Source: Callorhinchus milii
Taxonomy: Eukaryota
Assembly (NCBI RefSeq): GCF_018977255.1
Contig: NW_024704765.1
Span: forward strand, 4,836,001 to 4,900,000
Length of the DNA stretch: 64,000 nt
Direction of reading: 5' to 3'
Below the pieces are notes generated by a model, which did not search any database, was not told the DNA's origin, and worked only from the letters and a program-made list of their open reading frames with translations. How positions within the stretch are numbered: position 1 is the first letter of the stretch; every line of letters begins with the position of its first letter. Position numbers and translations under genes: made by a program. This document shows positions 17,101 through 28,700 of this stretch, one piece after another.

Positions 17101-20100
17101 CACTTACTGTTAGGTAAACAGTGGTGTGTGGAGTAAGGAAACTGGCCTAAGGTTTTGCCCTGCCCAGGAACTGAACTCGCAAGGCAAGTGCTTTAACCAC
17201 TACATTACAGGATTCCACAATATTCCGATGATGGGTTTAAGGCTAAAATGATGAAGAATTTTGGGTCTCTGAAAGTTGGCTTTGCTTCCTACCTTATTGG
17301 ACATAGCCTGGATTTGAACAGTTCTTTCCTGCAGCTCTTTCTGTAATCTCTCCACCTCCGCGTTCGAGCTCCGCAGCTGGTTATCTACATTTGACTGTTC
17401 CTTCCTTAAAGAGATGATTGTTCCTGTCGGGGGGATGGGGGGGGGGCGGTAAATCACATCTCAAAGTGTTTCACAGAATATATTGTAAAGTAGATTGACT
17501 GTGTATTTTGTGGGCGAAACACTGCAGCCAATTGTGCACAGCAGTGTCCCACAACCAGTCAGGGATTGAGTTTTGGAGAGATTATTACCCCTAGAAAGTA
17601 GATTCCTACTTACCTATGGAAATGTTATAATTCTCGATAGCACTCTGCAGCTCGTGGCTCTGTTTTTCGTTATGATTCAGCTGGATGTCAATCTGCTCCT
17701 TCAGCTGCTCGATCTGCTCAATGAGATCTTCATCATGCTGTAACACATCTTGACCAAATTGTCCAGTGGCATGAAACATTACTGCCCTCACTTTACCCTC
17801 CTCTTGTTCCACTTCTTGTTGATCACTTTCCTCTTCCTGTTCAACCTGTTCCTCTTCTTGTTCAACATGTTCCTCTTCTTGTTCAACATGTTCCTCTTCC
17901 TGTTGTTCTTGTTCCTTTTCCTCTTTGCTACTTTTCTCCACATTTTCCAGTTCATCTCTGCTGTCTTCCGATTCTTCCTCGTATCTGTACCTTTGTTCTC
18001 CTTTCTGGGCATCCCGAGTTTTCCGAGCCTTCAGAATTTTGACCCTTTTTATCGGGGCCTGCTCTTCTGCCTCATAATCCTAAGGAAACGGTCAGAAGCA
18101 ATCATAAAAATATAACATCTGATAGAAGAAGATTTGGGTTAATAGATTTTAGCAGTAAAGACCTGATATCCACATTGACTTCAGATCCACAATGGGGCTG
18201 GATTTACTATGGAGTTCTGCAGTGGTTAGCAAGCGAGAGGACCCGGGTTCAATTCCCAGGCGGGGCGAAACCTTAGGCAAGTTTCCTTACCCCACATGTC
18301 TCTGTTTACTTAAGTAGACACCTGGTTGTTAGTCGATTGGTCACTCAATCCACTACTGTTTGTAGGACACTACTGTGCGCAATTGGCTTTTGCGTTTTGC
18401 CCACAAAATACACAGTCACGTTACAATATAATCTGTGAAGTACGTTCCAATGATGTGATAAGACGCTAAATCAAATGCAAGGATTATTATTATTAACCAT
18501 GTAGTTAAAGAATAAGAGTCTAGTTTACTTTTATGTGAAGGATTATCTCTTCATCCTGTGGCAGAAGTGACGTATCTGTCGCTATCTCTCTTATTTGCTG
18601 AACATCCCAGTGGCAATTTTTCATCTTCAGTTGGTGTATCTGTTTCCTCAGATCAATGATCACAACGTCTTTCCGCTTACTCTCGGCTTCAAAGAGCTCC
18701 TTGCGATTTAGCTTATCTTGCAGCGTAAGAATTATTTCAGTCTAAAACAGAGGAATCGAACACAACATCTATGTGGCAGATCCATACAAAATCACAGGTG
18801 GCCTATCATCACACACGCGCACACACATGCGAGCACGGAGGGGGTCAGAGAAGACGTGTGGGGTGGGGGGGGGGGGCTCTTTAGATTCTGCAATCGAGAC
18901 CAGAATTGAGCACAAATTTCTCAGTTTCTCGGGCTTAAGTCCATGATCTTAAAATGTACGAATCGTGTAAAATTTTGGAATGAGAAACAATCTCGAGTTG
19001 AGGTCTTAATTTAGAGCCTGATTTTCTGCAATGCAACAAAAGAAACAGAGGAAAATCAGCTTCCAAATTTAGTCTGCCCCCTCCAAAATTATTCACATCT
19101 TAAATTTGATGGTAACAGTCTCATGCCAAAGACGACAAGAGCTTTTGGGTGCCAGGAGCAGGAGCTGGGCTGATTTCTGCCCTCTCTAACCCAACCCAGG
19201 AACACTGAAACCAGGCATCAAGGTCCCGTCTGCCCGGTCAAGTGGTTGCTAAAGGCCCCATGAAGCCATTCAAAAAGAGAAGGGTGTTTCTTCACGTCTC
19301 CTGGCCAACAATCTTTCAGATTAATTTATCATTTAATTCAGGGCTGTTTTTGGAATCATGCTGTGCATAAATTGGTTGCAGTCTTTGCTTACAATTACAC
19401 GGTCACTTCACCTGACAGTAATTACCTGTGAAGCACTTTTCACTGTTACATTGAATGGAGGAATTATTAGGTTGCGATAAATACATTTTCTTCCAAGTTT
19501 CTCTGAAGTTACATTGAGGAACAATAGATGGAAGAGTGAGCTCCTCAGCTGATTTCTGACGATTTTGTACCTGTTTTTCGATGATATTATTGATTGATGA
19601 TTCTGTTGCTTGGTGTGTCAATTGAGCTACGTCTGCCCGGAGTTCTGAGATCACTTGGTCCTTTCTTGCAGACTCTACCTCAAACACTGAGAGACTGTTT
19701 ATCCTATCCTCCAGATTCAAAATACTTTGCTCCTGTGTGGGATTTTTTTTAAAGAAAATGCCCATTGAATTATGTTGGCAAGGACAAAGGCATGACATAT
19801 GTTGTCATCTTTGTAGCATAGTGGTTAGATTGCTCGCCTCGCAAGCGAGAAACCTGGGTTTGATTCCCGGGTGGGGCGAGTTTCCTTACTCCGCAAGCCT
19901 CTGGTTACCTAGCAGTAACTAAGAACCCGGTTGTTAGTCGATTGGCAGATCGCTTTTCTGGGGGTAATAATTCCTTCAAGAAAAATAATAATAATAAATT
20001 GGTCATTAATCCATGACTGTTTGTGCAATTGGCTTCTGTGATTTACCCACATATTATACAGTTAATTAACTTTACAGTATATTCCGTGAGGCGCTTTGAG

Positions 20101-23100
20101 ACGTCTCGAAGACATGATAAGGCGCTGTATCAAATGCAAGGATTATTATAATATAAAACTGTACCACTTTGTTCATTGTTGATGCCAACATTCCCAGATT
20201 CTTCACTTCCAAACCCTTGCCAGCAAGGCTGTGGTTCTGACACACAAATGTTCATGACTAACGTTGCAGATGTACTCGCCTTTTCATGAAGCGCAGCAAT
20301 GTACCACGGGATCCTGTTGATGCCAGCTTCACTTGGAGGTTGCTTGCCCGAGGCAATGGATGACCTCCCAGAGTAAGTGGTCAACAAAAGCTCATTCATG
20401 GAGACTGAATGAGGGGCAGAAGAAGAGATAGAATTTGTTCAATGAGACCCAGGGCAGTGGATGTGGTAAACTGTGCAGTGAGGGACAATAGACCACCTTT
20501 TAGTGACCAAACCAGATCTCATTAAGACCTCCAGCATGCTTGCCCCACTTGCTCTCTATAGTCGAGTCCCTTAGCTCAGTGGTTAGAGCACTCGTCTCGC
20601 AAGCGAGAGACCTGGGTTCAATTCCCAGACAGGGCGAAATGTTGGGAAAGTTTCTTTACTCCACACGCCTCTGTTTACTTAGTAGTAAGTAGGAACCCAG
20701 TTGTTGGTCGATTGATGGATCGCTTTTCCGGGGTAATAACTCCTTAAAAAAAATTGGTCACTTCAATCCATGACTGTTTGTGGGGACGCTGCTGTTGCAA
20801 TTGGCTTCTGCGTTTCGCCCACAAAATATACAGTCAATTCATTTTATAGTATATCCGGTGAAGTGCTTTGAGACGTCTCAAAGATGTGATAAAGCGCTAT
20901 ACCAAATGCAAGGATTAATATTATAGGGCAATGCAGTGGGATTGAATGAACGATTTACGTTGTATAAACGTAAATTATTATCAGAGATATTGGTGTTTAG
21001 GCTGAAAATTTGTGCTCGCCAAACTCTGTGGGTTTTTTTTTCTCGAACTTTGGCTTTACAATATTTTATTCAAAAGCTTAGAAACAAAAGGTAGCTTTTG
21101 TGTTGCCTGTTTGGTGTCGTTGACTACCACCCACTGCCCCCTCCTCCGCCCTCCCCACAACTCCCCCTCTTCCTTCCCCTGGCCTCTTCCCAAAATTGCC
21201 TTACCTGATTCTATAATTGAGGGCTGCTGCATGAAGCTTGAACTTGACTGTCTTACCCTCTTCAACTCTAAATGGGAGGTAAAAGGAAACAAACAAAAAA
21301 AAATCATGGGAACATAGGAACAGGAGCAGACCATTCGGCCCCTCAAGTACAAATTATTATATTATACTGGTCTCAGTGGACTATCGGCAATGTCATTGCT
21401 GGAAGCTCACAGAAATAATTTCACAATCTGCAAGTGGTGTGCAGTTTATCTGACTTAACATAAGATCGGGAGAAAGGTTGGGGTGAAGAAAACCCTTTGG
21501 CCCATTTAATCTCAAGCATCCAGAGTGCCCGACCTACCATCGTCCAATTACAACGTCAAGTGTAATGTGGAGTCCTGTAGCTCAGTGGTTAGAGCACTCG
21601 CTTTGCAAGTGAGAGACCTGAGTTCAATTCCAGGCAGAGGGCGAAACCTTGGGCAAGTTTCCTTGCTCCACACAGAGCCTAATAATAATCCCTCCAAAAC
21701 CACAAACAATAATAAATTGGTCATTTTCAATCCACGACTGTTTGTGGGACATTGCTGTGTGCAATTGGCTGCCGCGTTCGCCCACAAATATACAGTCAAT
21801 TCACTTTACAGTGTGTTCTGTGAAGCGCTTTTGGACGTCCTCCCGACGTGAAAAGTGCTATATCAAATGCAAGGATTATTATTATTATTAAGTTGTCTCA
21901 TAGATGGGTCCAATGTCACCCCTTACAACTGTTAATCGTCTCTTTGTGAAAACAATATTTATATATTTTGAATGTATATCTAGTAGATTTTTATCTTAAG
22001 TGTTTTAAAGGCATCGAGCTTCAGCCTGAGAATGGAAGAAATTTCAGGCTCCAGTTCTATAAAACTAAAACCTCTGAGGTGCTGGGAGCTAATGGAGTTG
22101 GGTGAGGATGGGAATCATTGCACTAGAAAATCAATACAATCTCACCAGAGTTTTGAGATCTGTACATCGTACCAGGTGGGCTTTGTTCCGGTGAGCTTTG
22201 TTCGGGCAACTGTGACTTCTCAGTTGGAACTCTCACACCTTTACCAGTTATTGAAACACTTTGATCTTGTAACTAGCCAAAAACAAACAGTAGTCATTAT
22301 CATGATTTCAAAATCATGTAGAATATGTGTCCCACATTTATAATAGGACACAACACGCTGCGCTTTACATTCTTAAGCACTTTGAGACAGCCTCCGTTCA
22401 TGAAAGGCACTTTCTAAATATAAATTGCTTTTTATTATTCTCGTCACTGGCTAAACCTACTGCAGTTGATCTGGTTACAGAGGCCTTTGTTTGGTAATGA
22501 AATACACCTTGTATTTGATATAGGATGCAAACGACCAATTTATCTAGAGACTTGCTTCCCAGGACACCGGGAGAAACTTCTTTCCCTTTTCAAAATCGTG
22601 CCCTGTGATCTGTAATGTGCATTTGACCAGGCAAACGAGACCTCAGTTTAACATCCCATACAGTTCCTGCATGTTAAAAATAGCTGACTTCCGGGGCATC
22701 AGTTCACTGCTGACATCTCTTCCTTGCAGGATGGGTTGGTCTGGGAGTCAGCCATTTTGCAACCCATGAACCAGCTGACATTGAATTGAGGTCCACACTC
22801 AATTTACAACGTAAATCAAGGCTATGAACAAATGCATGTTTTAACAAAGCGCATTGTAACTGTATCTAATTACACCTGAGCCAATGGTGGAGAAATAGCT
22901 TTTGAAAGTGGGTGCAAGGGAAGGAAATTAAAACGATGAAACAGTAACGAAACAATTAACATAACATAACATGTAGGAGCAGGAGTAGGCCATTCGGCCC
23001 TTCGCGCCTGCCCCGCCATTCAATCATGGCTGACCTAATCTAACTCCAGCTAATAGCCTGACCCTGCCTTATCCCCATACCCCTTAAACCCTTTTGCAAT

Positions 23101-23334
23101 AAGAAATCTCTATCTCAGTCTTGAATATGTTCAAGGACTGAGCGTTAACAGCCCTTTGGGGTAGTGAGTTCCGTACATTCACCACATTCAATCCATCTGC
23201 TTGCAAAGCCTGAGATAATGCACTTGCCACAGTCGTCTCAGTTGTTTGTGTTGCGACATCTGGATTCTTGATGATTCCGCATGATGGTCTGAAAGGGAAT
23301 CCTTGTGTCCTGCGGTCATTTCTTTGAAGAACAT
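14111..23334 (-). CDS. CCDC27: Coiled-coil domain-containing protein 27, 12 coding exons, about 637 aa
   Basis: In-phase exons 23334-23224, 22272-22146, 21267-21205, 20404-20280 (GC donor), 19732-19571, 18741-18529, 18079-17614, 17423-17293, 16731-16654, 16302-16090, 14928-14824, 14230-14111. Motifs [40 protein letters not shown] and KIRTKIMQA...[17 protein letters not shown] match human CCDC27; synteny with SMIM1/LRRC47. The first three exons are less certain. Confidence 0.87.
15205..15540 (-). mobile_element. L2-type LINE 3' fragment
   Basis: Minus strand TTCAAGTCCCGCCTGAAGACCTTCCTCTTCGACC ([11 protein letters not shown]) with (GTT)n tail. Confidence 0.7.
15586..15898 (+). mobile_element. 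tRNA-derived SINE, short form, full length
   Basis: GTGGAGTCCTGCAGCTCAGTGGTTAGAGC (A box)...GGTTCGATTCC (B box)...GCGCTATATCAAATACAAGG(ATT)n. Confidence 0.9.
16858..17218 (-). mobile_element. tRNA-derived SINE, long form
   Basis: Head, central block and (ATT)n tail as in the other copies. Confidence 0.8.
18210..18495 (+). mobile_element. tRNA-derived SINE
   Basis: B box GGTTCAATTCC, body and ATT tail. Confidence 0.8.
19813..20152 (+). mobile_element. tRNA-derived SINE, long form
   Basis: TAGTGGTTAG head, CTAGCAGTAA central block, ATT tail. Confidence 0.8.
20564..20925 (+). mobile_element. tRNA-derived SINE, long form, full length
   Basis: TAGCTCAGTGGTTAGAGC...GGTTCAATTCC...GTAAGTAGGAACCC...tail. 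Confidence 0.88.
21567..21890 (+). mobile_element. tRNA-derived SINE, young short subfamily, full length
   Basis: Nearly identical to the copies at 32245-32569 and 33629-33946. Confidence 0.92.
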
Positions 23335-24159
23335 AAAAGCCTTGCATCTTCAGAACGCTCTCTTCCCTCTTCCTTTCTGGTAACTCCCAGGGACCAAGGT
23401 TACATCAAGATCCTGTGACGAAAAGAGAGCGACAGTGAATTGATCCTCATATCCTATGTCAGCCAAATGCATCCAGAATTAACTCTTGACTCGATGATGC
23501 CATCCAGTGGTACATAAAGTGCGTCATTCGCCACTCGGTACCTTTGCAAGTGCCCACTTTCACCCGTGTGGAAGCAACAACCACTTTGAATAGCCTCGCG
23601 AGTGAGAGGTTGCAAACGTATCCTTTTATTCCAAAGGTTCAACATTTGTAGAAAAAGCCCCTGTGAATGACTTACCTTCGAGAAAGGAATTGGCGAAAAA
23701 ACATTTGAAGAGGAAGGATACGAAAAGGCGCAGGGAAAGAGCAAAGAATTGGTATTTGAGGCCGTTAGTTACAAAAGCTATTTTCTATAATTCTAACAAT
23801 TCTACTAACCAGTGAGAGCACCTCTCATTCATTCACCTGTTTTTTTTTCTGACTACAAGCGCAACAGACTGTAGGTGATGTTCTCCTGCAACGAAACTCA
23901 GTTTACACTTCTTATTCTCATTGGACAAAATGCTGGTCCAGAAATTTATGGTGGTTTTAGGGTCAATCTCAACATTTAACATGGGGGGGGATTTTAGAAA
24001 TGTATTAAACACAATCTTAATTTGGAAGTCGTCTGTCCGCAGTTTTTAACTTAAATCTTAAGATCTGACACCTTGAACATCCACCTAAACAGGTGAACCG
24101 AAACTTGGTAAAACGTCTCATCCGAAGGACGGCACCGCTGACACTGCAGCATTGGCTGG

Positions 24160-24420
24160 AGAGCCTTCAGCCACTCTGCCCCCAACCTCTGGAATTCCAT
24201 GCCCCAGTCACTCTGTCTCGCCCCCTCCATAGCCTCCTTCAAGTCCCGCCTCAAGACCTTTCTCTTCGACCATGCCATTGGCGACCCCCCTTCCATTCCC
24301 CTCCCTTACCCCCCCCAACCCCAGCTCGGGTCTGAAATGCTGTACTCTGTCCAGCGCCTTGGGACGTCCTCCCGACGTGAAAGGCGCTATACAAATGTAA
24401 TCTCGTTGTTGTTGTTGCAG
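24160..24420 (+). mobile_element. L2-type LINE 3' end
   Basis: Encodes ...[30 protein letters not shown], then tail GGGACGTCCTCCCGACGTGAAAGGCGCTATACAAAT and (GTT)n. Confidence 0.8.
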
Positions 24421-25193
24421 CAACCACATTCCCCCAACCCGACCCTATCCCAGCACTGTATTGGAGCACATTTTGAAGCCCGGAAGGTGGGGGCGTAAAC
24501 CCACAAAAGACCGCAGTGCACCAGCGGAGCCAGACTGAGGTAGGCATGAAGTGTGTGTGTGTGTGAGCGGGTTGTGAGATGGTTGGGGTTGGGGGGGTGA
24601 CGGGGGGGGGGGTGGGGGTTGAGTTCAGAAGATAGAAGAAAGGTGTAAGTTCTCTCAACAGCCACAAGTCAAAACACACTTGAAGCGAGGGGCGGGAGGG
24701 AACAAAAACACCTTCCTCCCCCTCCCCCTCCCCCTGGGCTCGGCCCCGGGATCCGTTACTGTGAAGCGCTCTGAGGCGCCGTCCGGGTGGAGGACGCTAT
24801 GTAAATCCAAGTTGTTGTTGAGGGAGGGATGGAGGGAGGGGACAAGGAAAGGCGACAGGTGGATGATTGACAGACTAGTGAGCCAATTTGGGAGCAGATC
24901 TATCCAGGTCGGGGCGGGTTCTTCTGACTCAAAGCACCAGTGAACGCAGGGGGTCAGGGAGTGGCATCTGGGGGTGGGGGCGGTGTCTGTCTGTGCCCTT
25001 GTTGTTGTTGTTGTTGTTGTTGTTCCTCCTCCTCCTCCTCCTCCTCGCTCAGGGTTGCTCTGGAATGAATGGCGCCGGGGGTGGGGGTGGGGTGTGGGGT
25101 GAGGGTGGGGGATGGGGTGTGGGTGGGGGGGGGAGGGGGGGAGGGGGAAGGGAATCTCTGTGCTTTGTGTCACAGCCCAACAGCTGGTGGGTG

Positions 25194-25295
25194 GCGTCCC
25201 GTTGCCCGGCAACAAGCGTCCCGTTGCCCGGCAACAAGCGGCGTCGAGTGGGCGGGGCCGCGCTCCGGCTGCCCGCTCCCTCCCTGCGCATGCGC
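25194..25295. promoter_or_regulatory. CpG promoter module: two tandem RFX X-boxes, GC box and NRF1 site
   Basis: GTTGCCCGGCAAC at 25201-25213 and 25223-25235 inside a duplicated 22-bp unit; GGGCGGGG at 25250-25257; TGCGCATGCGC at 25285-25295. Confidence 0.7.
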
Positions 25296-25795
25296 CGCGT
25301 GTCCCTTGTTCAGCTGATGTGAAATGTCTCAGTGACTCTCTCCTCTCTCCTGTTTGTCGCATCATTCTCATTATCATCATCATTATTATTATTAATTATT
25401 AATTTTTTTCACCCCCCCCCCCCTCCCCCCCCCCCCCCACACACACACACACCTTGAATTGTATTTTAATCCGCAGAGCGTTTGATGGGTAAATCCATTT
25501 TGACACTTGCCCCCGAGTTCCACTCCCTCAGGGTTTGTGACGAGTCAAACGGCAGAGAATGGTCACAGCTTTGGAAATCAACAGCACAGGTGGTCCCTGC
25601 ACTCCAGTGAAGAGAGAGAGAGGGACACACACACACACCAACACACCACACACACACACAGACATACACACACATACACACACACACACACATTTGCACA
25701 GAAAATCCCATAGAGACTCAGCTTCCCGAAGAATGAATGTCCTCCAGCCCTGACCCCCTGCGCTGCTGCTGTCATCGCTCTCAGAGAGCGAAGTG

Positions 25796-28700
25796 ATGCG
25801 AAAGCGCATTCTGATATGGAAGATGCGTTTTTGCCTTAGAGTCGTCCTTCTGACGCTGTTGACCCAGAAATCAAAGGTCCTGTTCGACACGTCCATACGG
25901 GGTGAGACGTGGCTCTTTTCCATTTTTTTTATATATATGTGGTAGAGTTCAGCGTCTCCAGAATTCCGCCTCGCCCTCAGCCCTTTCTTGAAGCCTGTGC
26001 CTCGATCGCATACGGTTTACATTATTATAACGGCAACAGCTTGCATTTATAAAACGCCCTTCGCGTGGGGCAACGTCTCGGAGCGCTTGACAGGGCAATG
26101 CAGATCAACTGAGTGATCCCCTCCCCCCGAGAGGAGGCAGGGGGCGCGGGGGGGGTGGGGTGGGGTGGGGGAAGTTGACCGAAAGCGTAATCAAAGAGGT
26201 AACATGTCATGAGACAGCGAGATAATATTTATCCATTCAATTTTAAGGGCTGAGGCAGTGATTGAATCTAGTTTTTAAAGTAACGGACTTAAACAGGATG
26301 ACACGAGAACCACTAGGCCCCAGTGACTTATTTGGTACCAATATAATATTAATAATCATCCTTGCATTTGATATGATGCCTTATCACATCATTGAGACAT
26401 CTCAAAGCGCTTCACAGAATGTTCTGTAAAGTGGAGTGACTGTGTACAGGACTGAGACGTTAATACTAACTAACCCCGTCTCTGATGAAGAGGGTTTAAA
26501 CGGTTTCCAATTAACTTTTCCGGCAGCAATGTTGTAATCAGTTTGTATCTTTTGTTTCCTTTTGGCAGATCCCTATGAAGATGAATGTAAATCCAGGGAA
26601 ATAATTTGTCACAAGTGGGCCATTTGCAGGCTGGATATTGTGAGCTGGTTGTTTTACTGTCAGTGTCTTCCTGGATACACTGGCGATGGCCTTAATAACT
26701 GCCAAGGTAAGAACACTTAGCAGCCAAGTCACTGAGGTGCATGTTATACGAGGGTTTGTTTATAAGAAGACCAACTAGTGACTATTTTTTGGGGGGGGGG
26801 TTGGTTCGAGGGAGTGTGAGGGGTAAATCTTAACTAGCTCCAATGTGACATATTTGGCAATGGAATGTCAGAATCGAGCCAATCCTCAATGAAGGTCTCT
26901 TGACCAGTTCCTGAGCCAGGCAGGTCCATGGTATTCCAGGGCACTGCTGGTGACAGCACAGCCCAGCCTCGCTCATCGGCAGGAACTGGAAGGCCAGACC
27001 AGTCACTGGGGGCAGAGAGTCATCCCACTCAGCTCCTGTTAACCCTGCCAAAGCCCTAACGGGTAGGGTGGTCCTAGCTGGACAAGCAGCGGAAAAGCTT
27101 GCCAGCCAGCGGCCTCAATGAGCAGGCTATGCTTTTTTTGCTGGTTAGACTCCAGCAGTTATTCAAACGTACACTCTGGGGCCCCTAAGGCTTGACTCTT
27201 GCCAACCTGCACCTAATTCTGTGTGTGTGGGGGGTGGTGGGGGGGGGGGTGGCGGGGAGGTTTTCATGTTAACTGGCTGCTCTTCTCGCTTTTGTTTGTG
27301 GGATCTTGTTGTCTGAAAAATGACATCACTTTTTGCCACGCTCCATGGTAATATCTCCAGCCAAGCGCTTTAAGGCATGACCCAAGATGCTATAAAAGCA
27401 GATTATTTTGCAGTAAATTTCTCACTCTGGCGAAAGGAAATGATCTGCTATCTCAAGAAATTGACTAACACATCTTGTTTATTTCCTGTCAAGAACCTGA
27501 AGAGATGATCCAAATCTCTGACAAAAGGATTTGCAGTGCACAAGGCACCCAAACTTGCCTCATCACAAAGTCGCTGGGAGAACACGTCACATTCAATATT
27601 TCGATCACGGGTGATTATAATCCCAAGCAGATTGCATGGTTTAAGTTTTATTCAGCTGAAGGATCAAGTTATCACAGGTACAAAGGCTGTACAATAGCAG
27701 GTGAATAAAATACACACCATATTGCAAGCTAAAATTATTATTTATAAAGGAATATTATTATAATTAGTTGGGCACGTGCCTCGCATTGTTGAGGGCAGCT
27801 GAGCTTGGGGACAGGCTAAAGGGAGGTCCTTATATTGTGAATCAGTGACGTGTGTATTTTTAACCTGTCTTTCCACGTTTGTAAAGGCTCAGATTCCATT
27901 TTCCAAAATTTGACTCCATTTCGCTCTTGTGTTTCATCGCCTTGGGAAGTCCTCCTGACACGAGAGGTGCTATACAACTGTAATTTGTTGTTATTGTGGA
28001 GCAATCAGTTGAAAGAGATCAATTGGTCATTGCTTATCCCCCCCTCAGTGGGAGTTATGTCAGATATATAATGGGGAATATCTGAGTGGCACTGAGATTA
28101 AACAATAACTTGCATTTATATAGTGCTCTTCACGCAGGTAGCGTCTCGGAGCGCTTAACAGTGGCGGAGCACAACACAGAGCTGGGGGGGAGGGAGGAGG
28201 TGACCGTAAGCACGCTCGAAGAGGAAGGCGATCTGAAAATGTGGAAGGAGGGGGCAAAGTGGAGGGATTGAGGGAGAGAGTTTCGGGGGCGTAATTGCTG
28301 AAAGCCTGGCCGCCGATAGCAGAGTGGAGGGGACGAGGGTCAAGCAGGAGGCCCGAGTCAGCCAACCAGAGGTGACGGGTGGGAGGGTGGGGAGTCAGCA
28401 GGTGGGAAATTCCATCCGAGTCTGGATTTGCCACATTTATTTAGCATTTTAATCCGCCCAGAATTCAGCTGGAGTTAAGACCCAATTGAACAATTCACCA
28501 ATTTCCGGGCTCAGAAACGCTCTGTAAAAATGGAGGAAATCTAGAGCCGAGGAGAATTTCTCTCCAAATATGTGCATTCTTCATCAACCTCGAGGTAATT
28601 TCAGGGGAAAAAAGTTTCAAGGACAATCATGGGGTGAAGTTTGCACCGTTTTGCGGTGCGTTCCTTGTGATGAGTGTGGCTTTCTTTGCAAATTAGCACA

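Noticed and set aside
20130-20279. Extending the CCDC27 exon to the GT donor near 20165
   Set aside because: Gives phase 1, incompatible with the next phase-0 exon; homology ends at HEK, supporting the GC donor.
24655-25402. Several overlapping Gly/Pro/Thr-rich ORFs (up to 242 aa)
   Set aside because: Produced by G-runs, (GTT)n/(CCT)n microsatellites and the GC-rich promoter; no coherent protein.
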